Positions 1 through 8,352 of a stretch of 28,726 bases of DNA are shown one piece after another. The notes beneath the pieces were generated by a model that had not been told where the DNA came from, did not search any database, and was given only the letters and a program-made list of their open reading frames with translations. Made by a program: the position numbers and the translations under genes. Position 1 is the first letter of the stretch; each line of letters starts with the position of its first letter. Source of the stretch: Abditibacteriaceae bacterium (lineage in GTDB: Bacteria > Armatimonadota > Abditibacteriia > Abditibacteriales > Abditibacteriaceae); NCBI GenBank assembly GCA_031372065.1, contig JANMKN010000013.1, positions 1 through 28,726 on the forward strand, written 5' to 3'.

Positions 1-19
1 GCATCAATCGCCATGAGTA

Positions 20-1237
20 TTGGGCGATGCCGAGGTGCGCCGCATCATGGGTAACGCGATTTCTTCGCATTCTTACTGGACATACAACGATTATCACGAC
101 TTGCAAAATCTGCGCGCTTTGTGGCACGAAAATTTGCAAAACATCGCACCCGGCGCGCATTACTGGCAAAGCGAAGTGTGCATAATGGAAGGCGGGCGCG
201 ACCTCGGCATGAACACCGCGTTGCGCGTGGCAAAGCTGATTCATTATGATCTGACAGCGGCACAAGCCTCCGCATGGCAGTGGTGGCTGGCAGTGTCGCC
301 CGGCGATTATAAAGACGGTTTAATCTACACCGATTTTAATTCCAAAGGCGGGCCACACAATATCTTGCCCTCGAAAACATTGTGGGCGCTCGGCAATTAC
401 AGCCGCTTTATCCGCCCCGGCGCAGAGCGCGTCGAATTAACAACAACGGCGCTGCCCGATGACATTTTGGCATCGGCTTATGTGGATTCCGCAGCAAAAA
501 AACTCATCGTAGTTTTGGTCAATGAAAGCAAGGCGCCGCGCCAAGTCAATTTGCGTTTTGACCGCGCCGTGGGCGAAATGCAATCGTGGATTACCTCGGA
601 GCATTCCGATTTGCAACGCGGGCCGCTTGTAAGCAACGATTACGAAATTCCGGCGCGTTCGGTTGTCACCTTAGTCAGCGCTTTTGTTTCGCCTGAAACT
701 AAAACTCTGCCTGTCTTGGCGTCTATTCCGCGCCAGAGACAAGGCAACGGGACGATTTACGAAGTGCGTTGCGGGCGCGATAGAATCGGCGAGGACGAAA
801 AAGCGGGCGCTCGTCAAAGCCGCTGGGATATGCCATTTGGCACCGATCTGGGCACCGGTTTTCGTTGGGGCTATTCGTCTTTTGGCAGCAGCGGCGCGAA
901 ACGCGACAACCCAGATTTAGATGGCGGCGTGCGCTACGACGAAGGCGACACTGCCGGGCAAGGCTTGACTTATCGTTTTGAAGTGCCGCCGGAAAATTAC
1001 GCTGTTGAAATTGGCTTTCGCGATCCATGGAAAAACGAAACTCGCAAAATGGATATTTTTATCAACGGCCAACTTTGGCGCGCGGGTGTGCTGGCAAGCG
1101 ACAAAGTGCTAAAGCTAAATGACGAAAACGTGCCCTCGCAAAACGGCCATTTAGAAATCAGCGTGCGCCGTGCAGCGGGCATTACTGATGTGGGCGCCGA
1201 TCCGCTGATTTCGTGGATAAGAATTGCCGCCCATTGA
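20..1237 (+). CDS. GH30-family glycoside hydrolase, C-terminal part (end of catalytic barrel, GH30 beta domain, malectin/CBM-like tail); 5' end missing or disrupted
   Basis: Motifs SSHSYW, YWQSEVC (nucleophile region), SAWQWWLAVSPGDYKDGLIY and ALGNYSRFIRPGA are typical of GH30. The tail GLTYRFEVPPENYAVEIGFRDPW...RKMDIFING is CBM/malectin-like. The NEP acid/base motif is absent and there is an in-frame TGA at 14-16. Confidence 0.8.
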   Translation: MGDAEVRRIMGNAISSHSYWTYNDYHDLQNLRALWHENLQNIAPGAHYWQSEVCIMEGGRDLGMNTALRVAKLIHYDLTAAQASAWQWWLAVSPGDYKDGLIYTDFNSKGGPHNILPSKTLWALGNYSRFIRPGAERVELTTTALPDDILASAYVDSAAKKLIVVLVNESKAPRQVNLRFDRAVGEMQSWITSEHSDLQRGPLVSNDYEIPARSVVTLVSAFVSPETKTLPVLASIPRQRQGNGTIYEVRCGRDRIGEDEKAGARQSRWDMPFGTDLGTGFRWGYSSFGSSGAKRDNPDLDGGVRYDEGDTAGQGLTYRFEVPPENYAVEIGFRDPWKNETRKMDIFINGQLWRAGVLASDKVLKLNDENVPSQNGHLEISVRRAAGITDVGADPLISWIRIAAH

Positions 1238-1315
1238 TTACGGCAATGCGTATTAAGAAAATTTAATGGTGCTGGGCATTCTCAGAAGCGGCAGCAAAAA
1301 TCAAAACTCATAGTA

Positions 1316-1723
1316 ATGATTAAATCCGCCAATAGCCAAACGCCACCGGTTGTTTCGGTTTGCACGGTGTTGCTGGTCGAAGACGATGACATTATGCGTC
1401 TGGTCGCGCTGGCGATGCTCCGACACTTTGATTGTCAGGTGACAATTGCCAAAAACGGTCAGGAAGCGCTGGAATTTTGCGGACAGTCATGGACTTTGGT
1501 GCTGATGGATTGCAAAATGCCGATTTTAGATGGCATTGAAGCTACACGCCGTTGGCGCGCCAGCGAAACAGGTCACACGCCTATTGTGGCACTCACCGGA
1601 GAAACCGACGATGAATGCCGTCGGCGCTGTTTAGCGGCGGGCATGGACGATTATTTAATTAAGCCCCTCACTGCCGCAAGATTACAAAGCGTGTTGCAGC
1701 AATGGTCTGATGATTCTCGCTAA
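1316..1723 (+). CDS. single-domain response regulator (receiver)
   Basis: VLLVEDD, LVLMDCKMPILDG (phospho-Asp), PIVALT and AGMDDYLIKP motifs. Confidence 0.9.
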   Translation: MIKSANSQTPPVVSVCTVLLVEDDDIMRLVALAMLRHFDCQVTIAKNGQEALEFCGQSWTLVLMDCKMPILDGIEATRRWRASETGHTPIVALTGETDDECRRRCLAAGMDDYLIKPLTAARLQSVLQQWSDDSR

Positions 1724-1729
1724 ATCTTC

Positions 1730-3916
1730 TTAAAACGGAAATCTTCCTCTGCCGGGGATTTTGTTGAGAATCTCACCTTTTATGGCGTCACCGGGATTCA
1801 ACCACTTGCTCACCTCTGAAGGCAAATACGAGTAAAGCGATGTGCTGACGCCCACCGTATTGAGGATGCTGAGAGCGAGTTTTAATTCGGGATCGTGTTC
1901 GCGCGCGTCGGCCATGTAGCCTGCGGAAGCCGCTTCATGCGCTTCTTTTTTGTCACCCGTCGAGTTTTCGGCGGCTTTCTTATGCATTCCCGCAGCAGCG
2001 ACATCTAAAGCGGCGATTTCGTTGACATCGGTAGCCGCGCCGCGATTGGCATTAGCTAAGTCGCATTCACGCAAAGCCGCATCCATATCGCCAAGCAGCG
2101 TGTGGCAAAAAGCTAATTCGCGGTGCGCATCGTAATAATTGGGGCGAAGCTTGACGGCTTGTTGCAACGTCGCAATGGCGCGTTTGACTTCGCTTTGTCG
2201 CGCGGCTTCGTCTTTTTGTTGCACGCCGTAATAACGAATTCCATAACCTAAAGCCAGTTGATTCATAGCGTCAGATTCATCTAAAAAGACGGCCTTGCCA
2301 AAGGCCGCCAACGCTGGCGTTTTGTTTTTGCCTTTGGCATCCAGAGCGGCCAACGCATAACCTTGGGCGCGACTGGCTTCAGCAGAATTGGCATCGGCGC
2401 CGATAGCTTCCTGCGCGGCACGCAAGGCTTGTGGCAAGGCTTGTTTGGCATCGCGCGGCACGCTGTATTTGTTGACTGGCGCCATCGTTGTCGTGAGGTT
2501 GGCATTGCCCGCGCCCGCTTCGGCAAAACGACTATAAGCGCGCGATAAAACCGCTAACGAATGCGCGCCCGGCGCGTTGGTCAGCATATTTAAAGCATCG
2601 GCTACCGCATCGGCGTTGCGGCCTTGCAAGCGATGTAATTCGAGCAAGGCTTCATGCGCTGAAAGAAACTTCGGATTGGCGCCAATAGCGGCACTGTAGC
2701 CTTGTTCGGCCACTTCCCATTGCCCGCGTGCTTCGGCGGCGGCGGCGCGTTGATAAAACTTCATCGCCGGAGCATCGGCAGCAATTGGCGTGGCGCCTGC
2801 CGCAGGTTGCAGTTGCACTGCAACTTGATTTTGATAGCCGCCCTGCACTTTGACTGAACGCGTTATGGGCGTATAACCGGGCGCCGAAACCGACACTTGC
2901 ACTTCGCCCGCTTGCAGTAAATCTTTTTCGACCACGCCACTACCGATGCGCTCGCCGTTGATGGAAACCTGCGCGGCTTCGGGTGAGGCATTGACAATTA
3001 ATTTTGGTGGCGTGGGAATCATTGGCGGCGCCGAGGACGCCCGTTTCACCTGCAAGAAAACCAACGGTTGTTCCAGCGGTTTGGCGGTTACGAGTTCGGG
3101 CGTTTGTTCGACTTCAAAGTCGCCGCCTTCGGAGGTTTTCTTGGCCCATGCAGCAATTTTCTGCGAAACATACGAAGACAAAACGCCCATTTCCACGTCG
3201 CCGTTTTTTTGCGGCACTGCGCCTTGAGTTAGGCCTTCCAAAATCCAGTTGGTGAACACGCCATGCCCCAGATTGGCATCTTCATAGGCACGTTGCCCGA
3301 CGCTGCACGCAAAAAACGTGGCGGATTGGCTTTTTTCGTCCTGCGGAACAACAGTTAAGCCGCGACTTAAAACGTCGCTCAGGGTGTTACCTTTGATGCC
3401 ACGCCCCGGCGTCGGGTCTTCGCGGCAGGCATCCACGAAAACAACAAATTGAGAAGCCGGAAGCGCGCCCAATTCATCGGCTAAAGCGCGCAAATCCACC
3501 GCAGAACTTTCGAGTGATGCTATAGTTAATCCCTTGACATCGGTTGGCAAAAGAAAACTTTTGGCATTCACGCCGACGCCTTTGGCAACGCCGTGCCCGG
3601 CCAGAAACACCACTACTTTATCGCCCGCTTGCACGTTCGGCTTGAAGAAACTCGCCACGGCGCCGACGATGTTATCGTGGGTGGCTTCGTTGTCGGCCAA
3701 CATCTTCACTTGATTACGCGGCAGGGCGCCGATTTTCGGATCAACTAAAGCATCGCGCAGGCTAAGAGCGTCTTTGGCCGGAAAGCGCAGCGAGGAAATT
3801 TGCGGATTTTCGTAGGTGCCTACGCCAACAATAAGCGCCCATGTTTTCGGCGCATCAGCGGCGCGAGCGACACTGGCAAAAACGAGCAAACCCAACAATT
3901 TAATTAAGTTTTTCAT
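1730..3916 (-). CDS. exported caspase-like peptidase (C14) with PEGA domain and TPR repeats
   Basis: Signal peptide MKNLIKLLGLLVFASVARA. WALIVGVGTY..LRFPAKDA, FLAGHG (His), FVDACR (Cys), ACSVGQRAYE...GHGVFT and QTP motifs. PEGA-like LIVNASPEAAQVSINGERIG...VSAPGY. Helical TPR-like C-terminal half. Confidence 0.9.
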   Translation of the reverse strand: MKNLIKLLGLLVFASVARAADAPKTWALIVGVGTYENPQISSLRFPAKDALSLRDALVDPKIGALPRNQVKMLADNEATHDNIVGAVASFFKPNVQAGDKVVVFLAGHGVAKGVGVNAKSFLLPTDVKGLTIASLESSAVDLRALADELGALPASQFVVFVDACREDPTPGRGIKGNTLSDVLSRGLTVVPQDEKSQSATFFACSVGQRAYEDANLGHGVFTNWILEGLTQGAVPQKNGDVEMGVLSSYVSQKIAAWAKKTSEGGDFEVEQTPELVTAKPLEQPLVFLQVKRASSAPPMIPTPPKLIVNASPEAAQVSINGERIGSGVVEKDLLQAGEVQVSVSAPGYTPITRSVKVQGGYQNQVAVQLQPAAGATPIAADAPAMKFYQRAAAAEARGQWEVAEQGYSAAIGANPKFLSAHEALLELHRLQGRNADAVADALNMLTNAPGAHSLAVLSRAYSRFAEAGAGNANLTTTMAPVNKYSVPRDAKQALPQALRAAQEAIGADANSAEASRAQGYALAALDAKGKNKTPALAAFGKAVFLDESDAMNQLALGYGIRYYGVQQKDEAARQSEVKRAIATLQQAVKLRPNYYDAHRELAFCHTLLGDMDAALRECDLANANRGAATDVNEIAALDVAAAGMHKKAAENSTGDKKEAHEAASAGYMADAREHDPELKLALSILNTVGVSTSLYSYLPSEVSKWLNPGDAIKGEILNKIPGRGRFPF

Positions 3917-3928
3917 AGTCTTCCTCTT

Positions 3929-3949
3929 AGCCCCCTTACCAAGGGGGTT
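3929..3949. repeat. short palindrome CCCCCTT-acc-AAGGGGG between operon genes
   Basis: Perfect 7-bp inverted repeat at 3931-3937/3941-3947 in a 42-bp intergenic gap. Confidence 0.55.
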
Positions 3950-3958
3950 GGGGTTATC

Positions 3959-4885
3959 TTATCGCTGTTGCGCGGGCACCAAAGCGCGGGCGAAGGGACT
4001 CAGCGAATTAATGATGTCATTCTTGGCATCGGCGATGCCTTCTTCGTCACGCAGTTTTTGGGCGTCGAAGACTTCGAGGGCGCGGCCTAAAACGCCTGTG
4101 TCCCGATAGGCTTCGATTAACAGCAAAAGCGGCGTGTTATCATCGGCGTTTTCGGCTTCTGCTTCCAAATCGGCAACTGTTTTTGTGAGCGCTGTGCCAT
4201 CCGCCGCCGAAAGAAAGGTTACCAAACCAAAGCGCGACTCTTGCACGGGCTTGCTGCTGTTACCAAAACCGCTGAGGCGCCACAAATATGGTCTGTGTTC
4301 GCGCAATTCGGGCGCATCGTCGGGATAATCGGCGCTTAATTTATCAGTGCGCACACTCCAAATGACGTTATCGTAAGCATCAAAGAGCGTAAAGGTATAA
4401 GTCGCCGCGCTATTGAGCGGCAGCCATTCAAATTTCGGTTTTTCCAGGGGCATCCAACCGGAAAAAGTGGGCGTGAGGCGCTCGAACGATGTAGCAGGAC
4501 GAGCCATCACAGCGCCGACGCGGGCATTACCGAGTTTTTGCACCACAGCCGCCGAAGGGCCACTCATCGCCGCCATTTTGGTAGCGCCGACCACGGCTCC
4601 CGCGCCAATCGTCGCGCTTTGGTTGGCGCCGATTTTATAACGCGTGCCGCCACCAAATAAAATAATAATCGCCTGCGCGCCACTGCTACAACGCACCACA
4701 TCGCCGCTTTCGACACGGCCCAAAAGTTTGAGCGGCGCCTTTTTGCCGCCGCTTTCCACTTGCACATTGCCTTTGACCTGCGCCGCCATGCCAACAGGCG
4801 CAGCGTGCGCCACCTGAACAACAGTAAAAAGAGATAAGCCCAGCAAAAATAAGGGCTTCGATGAAGATTGCAAATTGTGTCTCAT
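3959..4885 (-). CDS. exported protein with FecR-like N-terminal beta domain and DUF928-like C-terminal region
   Basis: Signal peptide ending AHA. VGMAAQVKGNVQV...GDVVRCSSGAQAII resembles the FecR N-terminus. PKFEWLP...YTFTL...YPDDAPEL..PYLWRL and a helical end (YRDTGVLGRAL) resemble DUF928. Start overlaps the cyclase stop by 4 nt. Confidence 0.6.
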   Translation of the reverse strand: MRHNLQSSSKPLFLLGLSLFTVVQVAHAAPVGMAAQVKGNVQVESGGKKAPLKLLGRVESGDVVRCSSGAQAIIILFGGGTRYKIGANQSATIGAGAVVGATKMAAMSGPSAAVVQKLGNARVGAVMARPATSFERLTPTFSGWMPLEKPKFEWLPLNSAATYTFTLFDAYDNVIWSVRTDKLSADYPDDAPELREHRPYLWRLSGFGNSSKPVQESRFGLVTFLSAADGTALTKTVADLEAEAENADDNTPLLLLIEAYRDTGVLGRALEVFDAQKLRDEEGIADAKNDIINSLSPFARALVPAQQR

Positions 4886-6828
4886 AAATTCTCTAACTTC
4901 GATTGTTCGGCGACAACTTCATAAACCTGCAACGGCTGTTGCCGCCCACGGATGGCGACTTCGGCGGCTTTGCCAAACGCAATTTGACTTTCGGTAGTTT
5001 CGCCTAATAGGCTGCGCGTGACTTCGGAAATCAAAAAATTGCAGTCCAATTCCTTGGCCGTTTCCTGCAAGCGTGAGGTGACATTCACAGTGTCGCCAAT
5101 GATTGTAAATTCCTGGCGTTCGTCCGAACCGACGGCGCCCACAATGACTGGGCCGCTGTGCAGCGTCAGCCGCACCTCGAATGAGACTTCACCTTTGGCA
5201 CGCAGTTCCGGCGTCATGGTGCGCAAGCGGTTTTCAATTTCCAAACAGGCTTTAAGGGCCAGTTGCGCGTGTTCTTCGTCTGGCAAAGGCGCGCCCCATT
5301 GCGCCATTAAACCGTCGCCGAGATATTTATCCACCCAGCCGCCATGCTGCAAAATAATCTCAGCCAAAAGCGATAAATAACGGTTCAAAACGGAAATCGC
5401 CTGCTCAGGAGGCAACATTTCTACCGTTTTGGTGAAGTTTTTCAAATCGGCGAACAAAACCGTGACAAACATTTCGCGGCCTTGCCCTCCACTGAGATTA
5501 GGATTCGATAAAAGTTCAGTAATAATGCGTGGGTCTTGCTGCCGGCCCCACAATTTCAAAGTTTGCGCGCGTTCCCGTTCTTCGCTGAGGGCGCGATAGC
5601 CGCCCATCAAAAGCGAGCCGAGCATGAGCGACAAAACCGGAAAAACCAGCGGCAAATCGAATTGTGCGTTTGTGAAAAGCCAGATGCTTAAGCCCGCCCA
5701 CAACAATGCGACGATTATTATCGCTGATGAAGCGCGTGCCCAATTCCAAATTGTAAAAAACAGCACGCCCAACGCGCCGACAAACGAAGCAAACAACCAC
5801 GGCAGCCACGGCTTTATTTCTTTGGGCTGGCGGATTTCGTTGCGGTCTAACAGCGTTCTCACGGCGTGCGCCTGCACTTCGACGCCGGGAATGATGCGAG
5901 CGCCTCCAATGCCCGCCAAAAACGGGATATTAGGAAAATCGTTGCAGCCTTTGTAAGTCGCGCCGATAAAGACGATTTTGCCTTTCCAGCGCGGGTCGGG
6001 TTTGGTGGCCGTTGCTACATCATATAAGGAAGCCCATTGAAAAGGCGCCGCTTGTCCGCGTTTTCCGGCGCGGTTGCCGAAGTTGATATACATTTCTCGC
6101 GACGGCAAATCCTTGGCGCTTTTGTAGTAGCCGGCTTTGACCGCAATGCGTCCGGCGAACGAAGCCTCGCGCTTGGTGACTCCCTGCTCCGTTGTTACGC
6201 TCACAGGCTGCATGGTTTGCCATATCGTATCGTTTTCACTGGTTCCAGCTTCGGCCAGCCCCAACGAACTCTCGCCGTTATCATTCACCGCACCGGGAAC
6301 GGAAAACAAAAGCGAGGGCGCCGGCAAAACATAACCGCTGCCATCGGGTTTCAGAAATTTGACAAATACAACATGGCGCGACTGGCTGAGAGCTTGCCCC
6401 AGTTGCACGTCGTTATCCTTGCGCAGCCACTCATCGGTTTCGATGGGTTGTGTCCAGTCCAAGGCAATGACGTGCGCGCCACTGCGGTTCAATTGACGAA
6501 TCGCCGCCGCCAAGTGCCCGCCCCATAAAATAAGCGGCTCAGGCCATTTCGCCAGACTTTTGTCATCCATTTCTACAATAGCAATGCGCTTATCCGGTTG
6601 CGGCGGCGTTAGCATCTCGCGCAAGGTAAAACGCGCACTAAGCCAGCGTTCTGCATAATAATCGGTAGATTGCGAGAAAGCCGCACTGAATAACACCACC
6701 AGCGCCAGAAAAACCGCTGCCGCGCGGCGGCGATTGCGTTTCCACCTTTCGGGCAGCGATGAATTATCCAAGGCTTTTTTCTTTAAGCGCACCGTTTCAG
6801 TATGCCCTGCTTGCAACAGTAAGTTCAT
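4882..6828 (-). CDS. membrane-bound CHASE2-domain class III adenylate cyclase
   Basis: N-terminal TM. CHASE2 motifs IAIVEMDDKSL..W, GAHVIALD, KGKIVFIG and PGVEVQAHAV. Three TMs follow. Cyclase motifs FADLKNFT, DKYLGDGLMA and FTIIGDTVNVTSRLQ (Lys/Thr specifiers point to ATP). Confidence 0.93.
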   Translation of the reverse strand: MNLLLQAGHTETVRLKKKALDNSSLPERWKRNRRRAAAVFLALVVLFSAAFSQSTDYYAERWLSARFTLREMLTPPQPDKRIAIVEMDDKSLAKWPEPLILWGGHLAAAIRQLNRSGAHVIALDWTQPIETDEWLRKDNDVQLGQALSQSRHVVFVKFLKPDGSGYVLPAPSLLFSVPGAVNDNGESSLGLAEAGTSENDTIWQTMQPVSVTTEQGVTKREASFAGRIAVKAGYYKSAKDLPSREMYINFGNRAGKRGQAAPFQWASLYDVATATKPDPRWKGKIVFIGATYKGCNDFPNIPFLAGIGGARIIPGVEVQAHAVRTLLDRNEIRQPKEIKPWLPWLFASFVGALGVLFFTIWNWARASSAIIIVALLWAGLSIWLFTNAQFDLPLVFPVLSLMLGSLLMGGYRALSEERERAQTLKLWGRQQDPRIITELLSNPNLSGGQGREMFVTVLFADLKNFTKTVEMLPPEQAISVLNRYLSLLAEIILQHGGWVDKYLGDGLMAQWGAPLPDEEHAQLALKACLEIENRLRTMTPELRAKGEVSFEVRLTLHSGPVIVGAVGSDERQEFTIIGDTVNVTSRLQETAKELDCNFLISEVTRSLLGETTESQIAFGKAAEVAIRGRQQPLQVYEVVAEQSKLENL

Positions 6829-6876
6829 GCAGAGGCATCCGTATTCTTTAAACTAAAACGCACTTTGCGTCACTCC

Positions 6877-7164
6877 ATGCTCCCCAAACCGCCCGCCGAT
6901 GCCACTTATGGCTACGATCTCGAAAAACTGCTGACCGTTTCTGCGCCGCAAGGCCCGCCCGATTTCGCCGATTTCTGGCAGAAAACGTATGCCGCCGCGC
7001 GCCAAGTGCCGCTCAACATCGCCAAAAGGCAAATCGAAAGCGGCGATCCGCAAATTCACCTCTTTGAAATCGAATTTGACGCGCTCGGCACCGATTCGCT
7101 CGCGCCGCAACGCATCGGCGGCTGGCTAACGGTTCCCGCCGATGGAAAATTCGTAGGGACGTGA
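6877..7164 (+). pseudogene. truncated acetylxylan esterase / cephalosporin-C deacetylase-like (CE7) N-terminal fragment
   Basis: PPDFADFWQKTYAAA...FEIEFDA...RIGGWLTVP matches the AXE1 N-terminus. The frame runs into a REP palindrome and stops before the hydrolase core. Confidence 0.75.
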
Positions 7165-7255
7165 TTCATCACGTCCGCTGTCGGGCATCTGTGCCTTTTA
7201 AGGCGTGCCAAACCGCAGTTGCAGTCAGGCGGACGTGATAAATCACGTCCCTACG
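7152..7255. repeat. GTAG-type REP doublet (REPIN-like)
   Basis: Arms cgtagggacgtgattcatcacgtccgc (7152-7178) and gcggacgtgataaatcacgtccctacg (7229-7255) are inverted with 26/27 identity. Each arm is itself a palindrome with a terminal GTAG. Confidence 0.85.
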
Positions 7256-7260
7256 GAGGC

Positions 7261-7350
7261 AAAAAACCCAAATTCCCCTCAAAAACCCTTGTTTTCCCTC
7301 GAAAAAACGCGCTAAAATGTCGTTAATCCTTGTTTTTCGTCCGATTTTTT
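7261..7350. promoter_or_regulatory. phased A/T tracts (probable curved DNA or leader)
   Basis: A or T runs start near 7261, 7270, 7281, 7292, 7302, 7314, 7323 (weak), 7333 and 7345, about 10-11 bp apart. Confidence 0.5.
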
Positions 7351-7531
7351 GGCGCAATCGCTTATTTTATGGCGCGATTGTTCAGAAACATGGCGCGATC
7401 TTCTATCTTGTGGCGCGACGGCCCAGAAGCATGGCGCGATCTTCCAGAACGTGGCGCAAACCTTTATCTTATGGCGCGGCGCTTCGGAGGCATGGCGCGA
7501 TTCTCTATCCAATGGCGCGAACTTATAGAAC
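7349..7531 (+). repeat. non-coding tandem array of 9 units of 20-21 bp, core RTGGCGCR
   Basis: Cores at 7349, 7369, 7390, 7410, 7431, 7451, 7471, 7492 and 7512. A degenerate tenth unit lies at 7532-7552. Confidence 0.9.
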
Positions 7532-7591
7532 GTGAAAGAGGCTTCCAGAAAAGGACGGGACGATAAATCAGGATAAATTTCAGTTAGGAGC

Positions 7592-8293
7592 ATGATAGAA
7601 ATGCAGTTACAAACGCAGCGCTATTTAAAGCGCATCAGAGACGTCAAAGTGTGGATAGCCGATAATAATGCGGCTTTGACAACCGTTCCGGCCTATGCCG
7701 CGCTCAAAACTGCCCTCAACACGCAGGAAACCGACATCGAAACGCACGCGGCGGATTTTGTCGCCAAAGCGGGCAATTCGAGCCAAAACGTGGTGCTCAA
7801 AGCGCAGTTACTCGACGCCGTGCGCCATGATTTATCGGACATCGTGCGTGGCGCGCAGGCCATTGACGCGACGCAACCCGGCTTTGCCACCAAGTTTCAA
7901 TTGCCCGCGTCCAAAGGCGAAGAATCGGTCATCGGCGCGGCGCGCGTTTTCCTCGGCCATCTGAATGAAACCGCGATTCATGACGCCTTTTTGCAAATTG
8001 GTATGCCCGCCGACCTCAAAGACGATTTAGCGCTGGACATTCAGCACTTCGACGACTACGACAGCACGATGGAAGCTGCGAATCAGGGCCGCATCGCTGA
8101 ATTGCGCGCCTTAGAAACAGCCATCGCCGCTGCCTCGCGCACCGTTGATGCCTTGGATGCCATCATCTATTTCAAGTTCGCCAACGACAAAGCCAAAATC
8201 GCCAGTTGGAAGCAAGCCAAACGCCTCGAAAAAGCCCGCGCCCACCGCGAAGCGCGCAAAGTCGCCGCGAACAGCACAACAACGACAGCCTAA
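7592..8293 (+). CDS. hypothetical alpha-helical protein (233 aa)
   Basis: AGGAG RBS directly upstream, Ala/Leu-rich amphipathic sequence, and a strong hairpin downstream. No catalytic motif recognised. Confidence 0.85.
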   Translation: MIEMQLQTQRYLKRIRDVKVWIADNNAALTTVPAYAALKTALNTQETDIETHAADFVAKAGNSSQNVVLKAQLLDAVRHDLSDIVRGAQAIDATQPGFATKFQLPASKGEESVIGAARVFLGHLNETAIHDAFLQIGMPADLKDDLALDIQHFDDYDSTMEAANQGRIAELRALETAIAAASRTVDALDAIIYFKFANDKAKIASWKQAKRLEKARAHREARKVAANSTTTTA

Positions 8294-8340
8294 ACCAACA
8301 AGCGCCCCGCGAAAATGAATTCGCGGGGCGCTTGTTGGTT
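8293..8340. terminator. perfect 21-bp-stem hairpin (terminator or REP-like)
   Basis: aaccaacaagcgccccgcgaa (8293-8313) pairs with ttcgcggggcgcttgttggtt (8320-8340), 6-nt loop. Confidence 0.75.
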
Positions 8341-8352
8341 AGAATTACAAAC

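Noticed and set aside
1730..6828. CBASS or type III CRISPR-linked caspase defence system
   Set aside because: The cyclase is class III with CHASE2, not a CD-NTase or Cas10. The caspase is exported, and no SAVED/CARF domain or gasdermin was seen.
7349..7531. CRISPR or TIGR array
   Set aside because: The constant part is only 8 nt, the variable part about 6 nt and the unit 20-21 bp. No cas gene, recognisable Nop-domain (Tas) gene or box C/D-like motif was seen.
7169..7593. Short ORFs over the first array (7312..7593, 7317..7535, 7330..7566, 7169..7357)
   Set aside because: Mixed 20/21-bp spacing shifts the repeat among frames, and no RBS or coherent protein pattern was seen.
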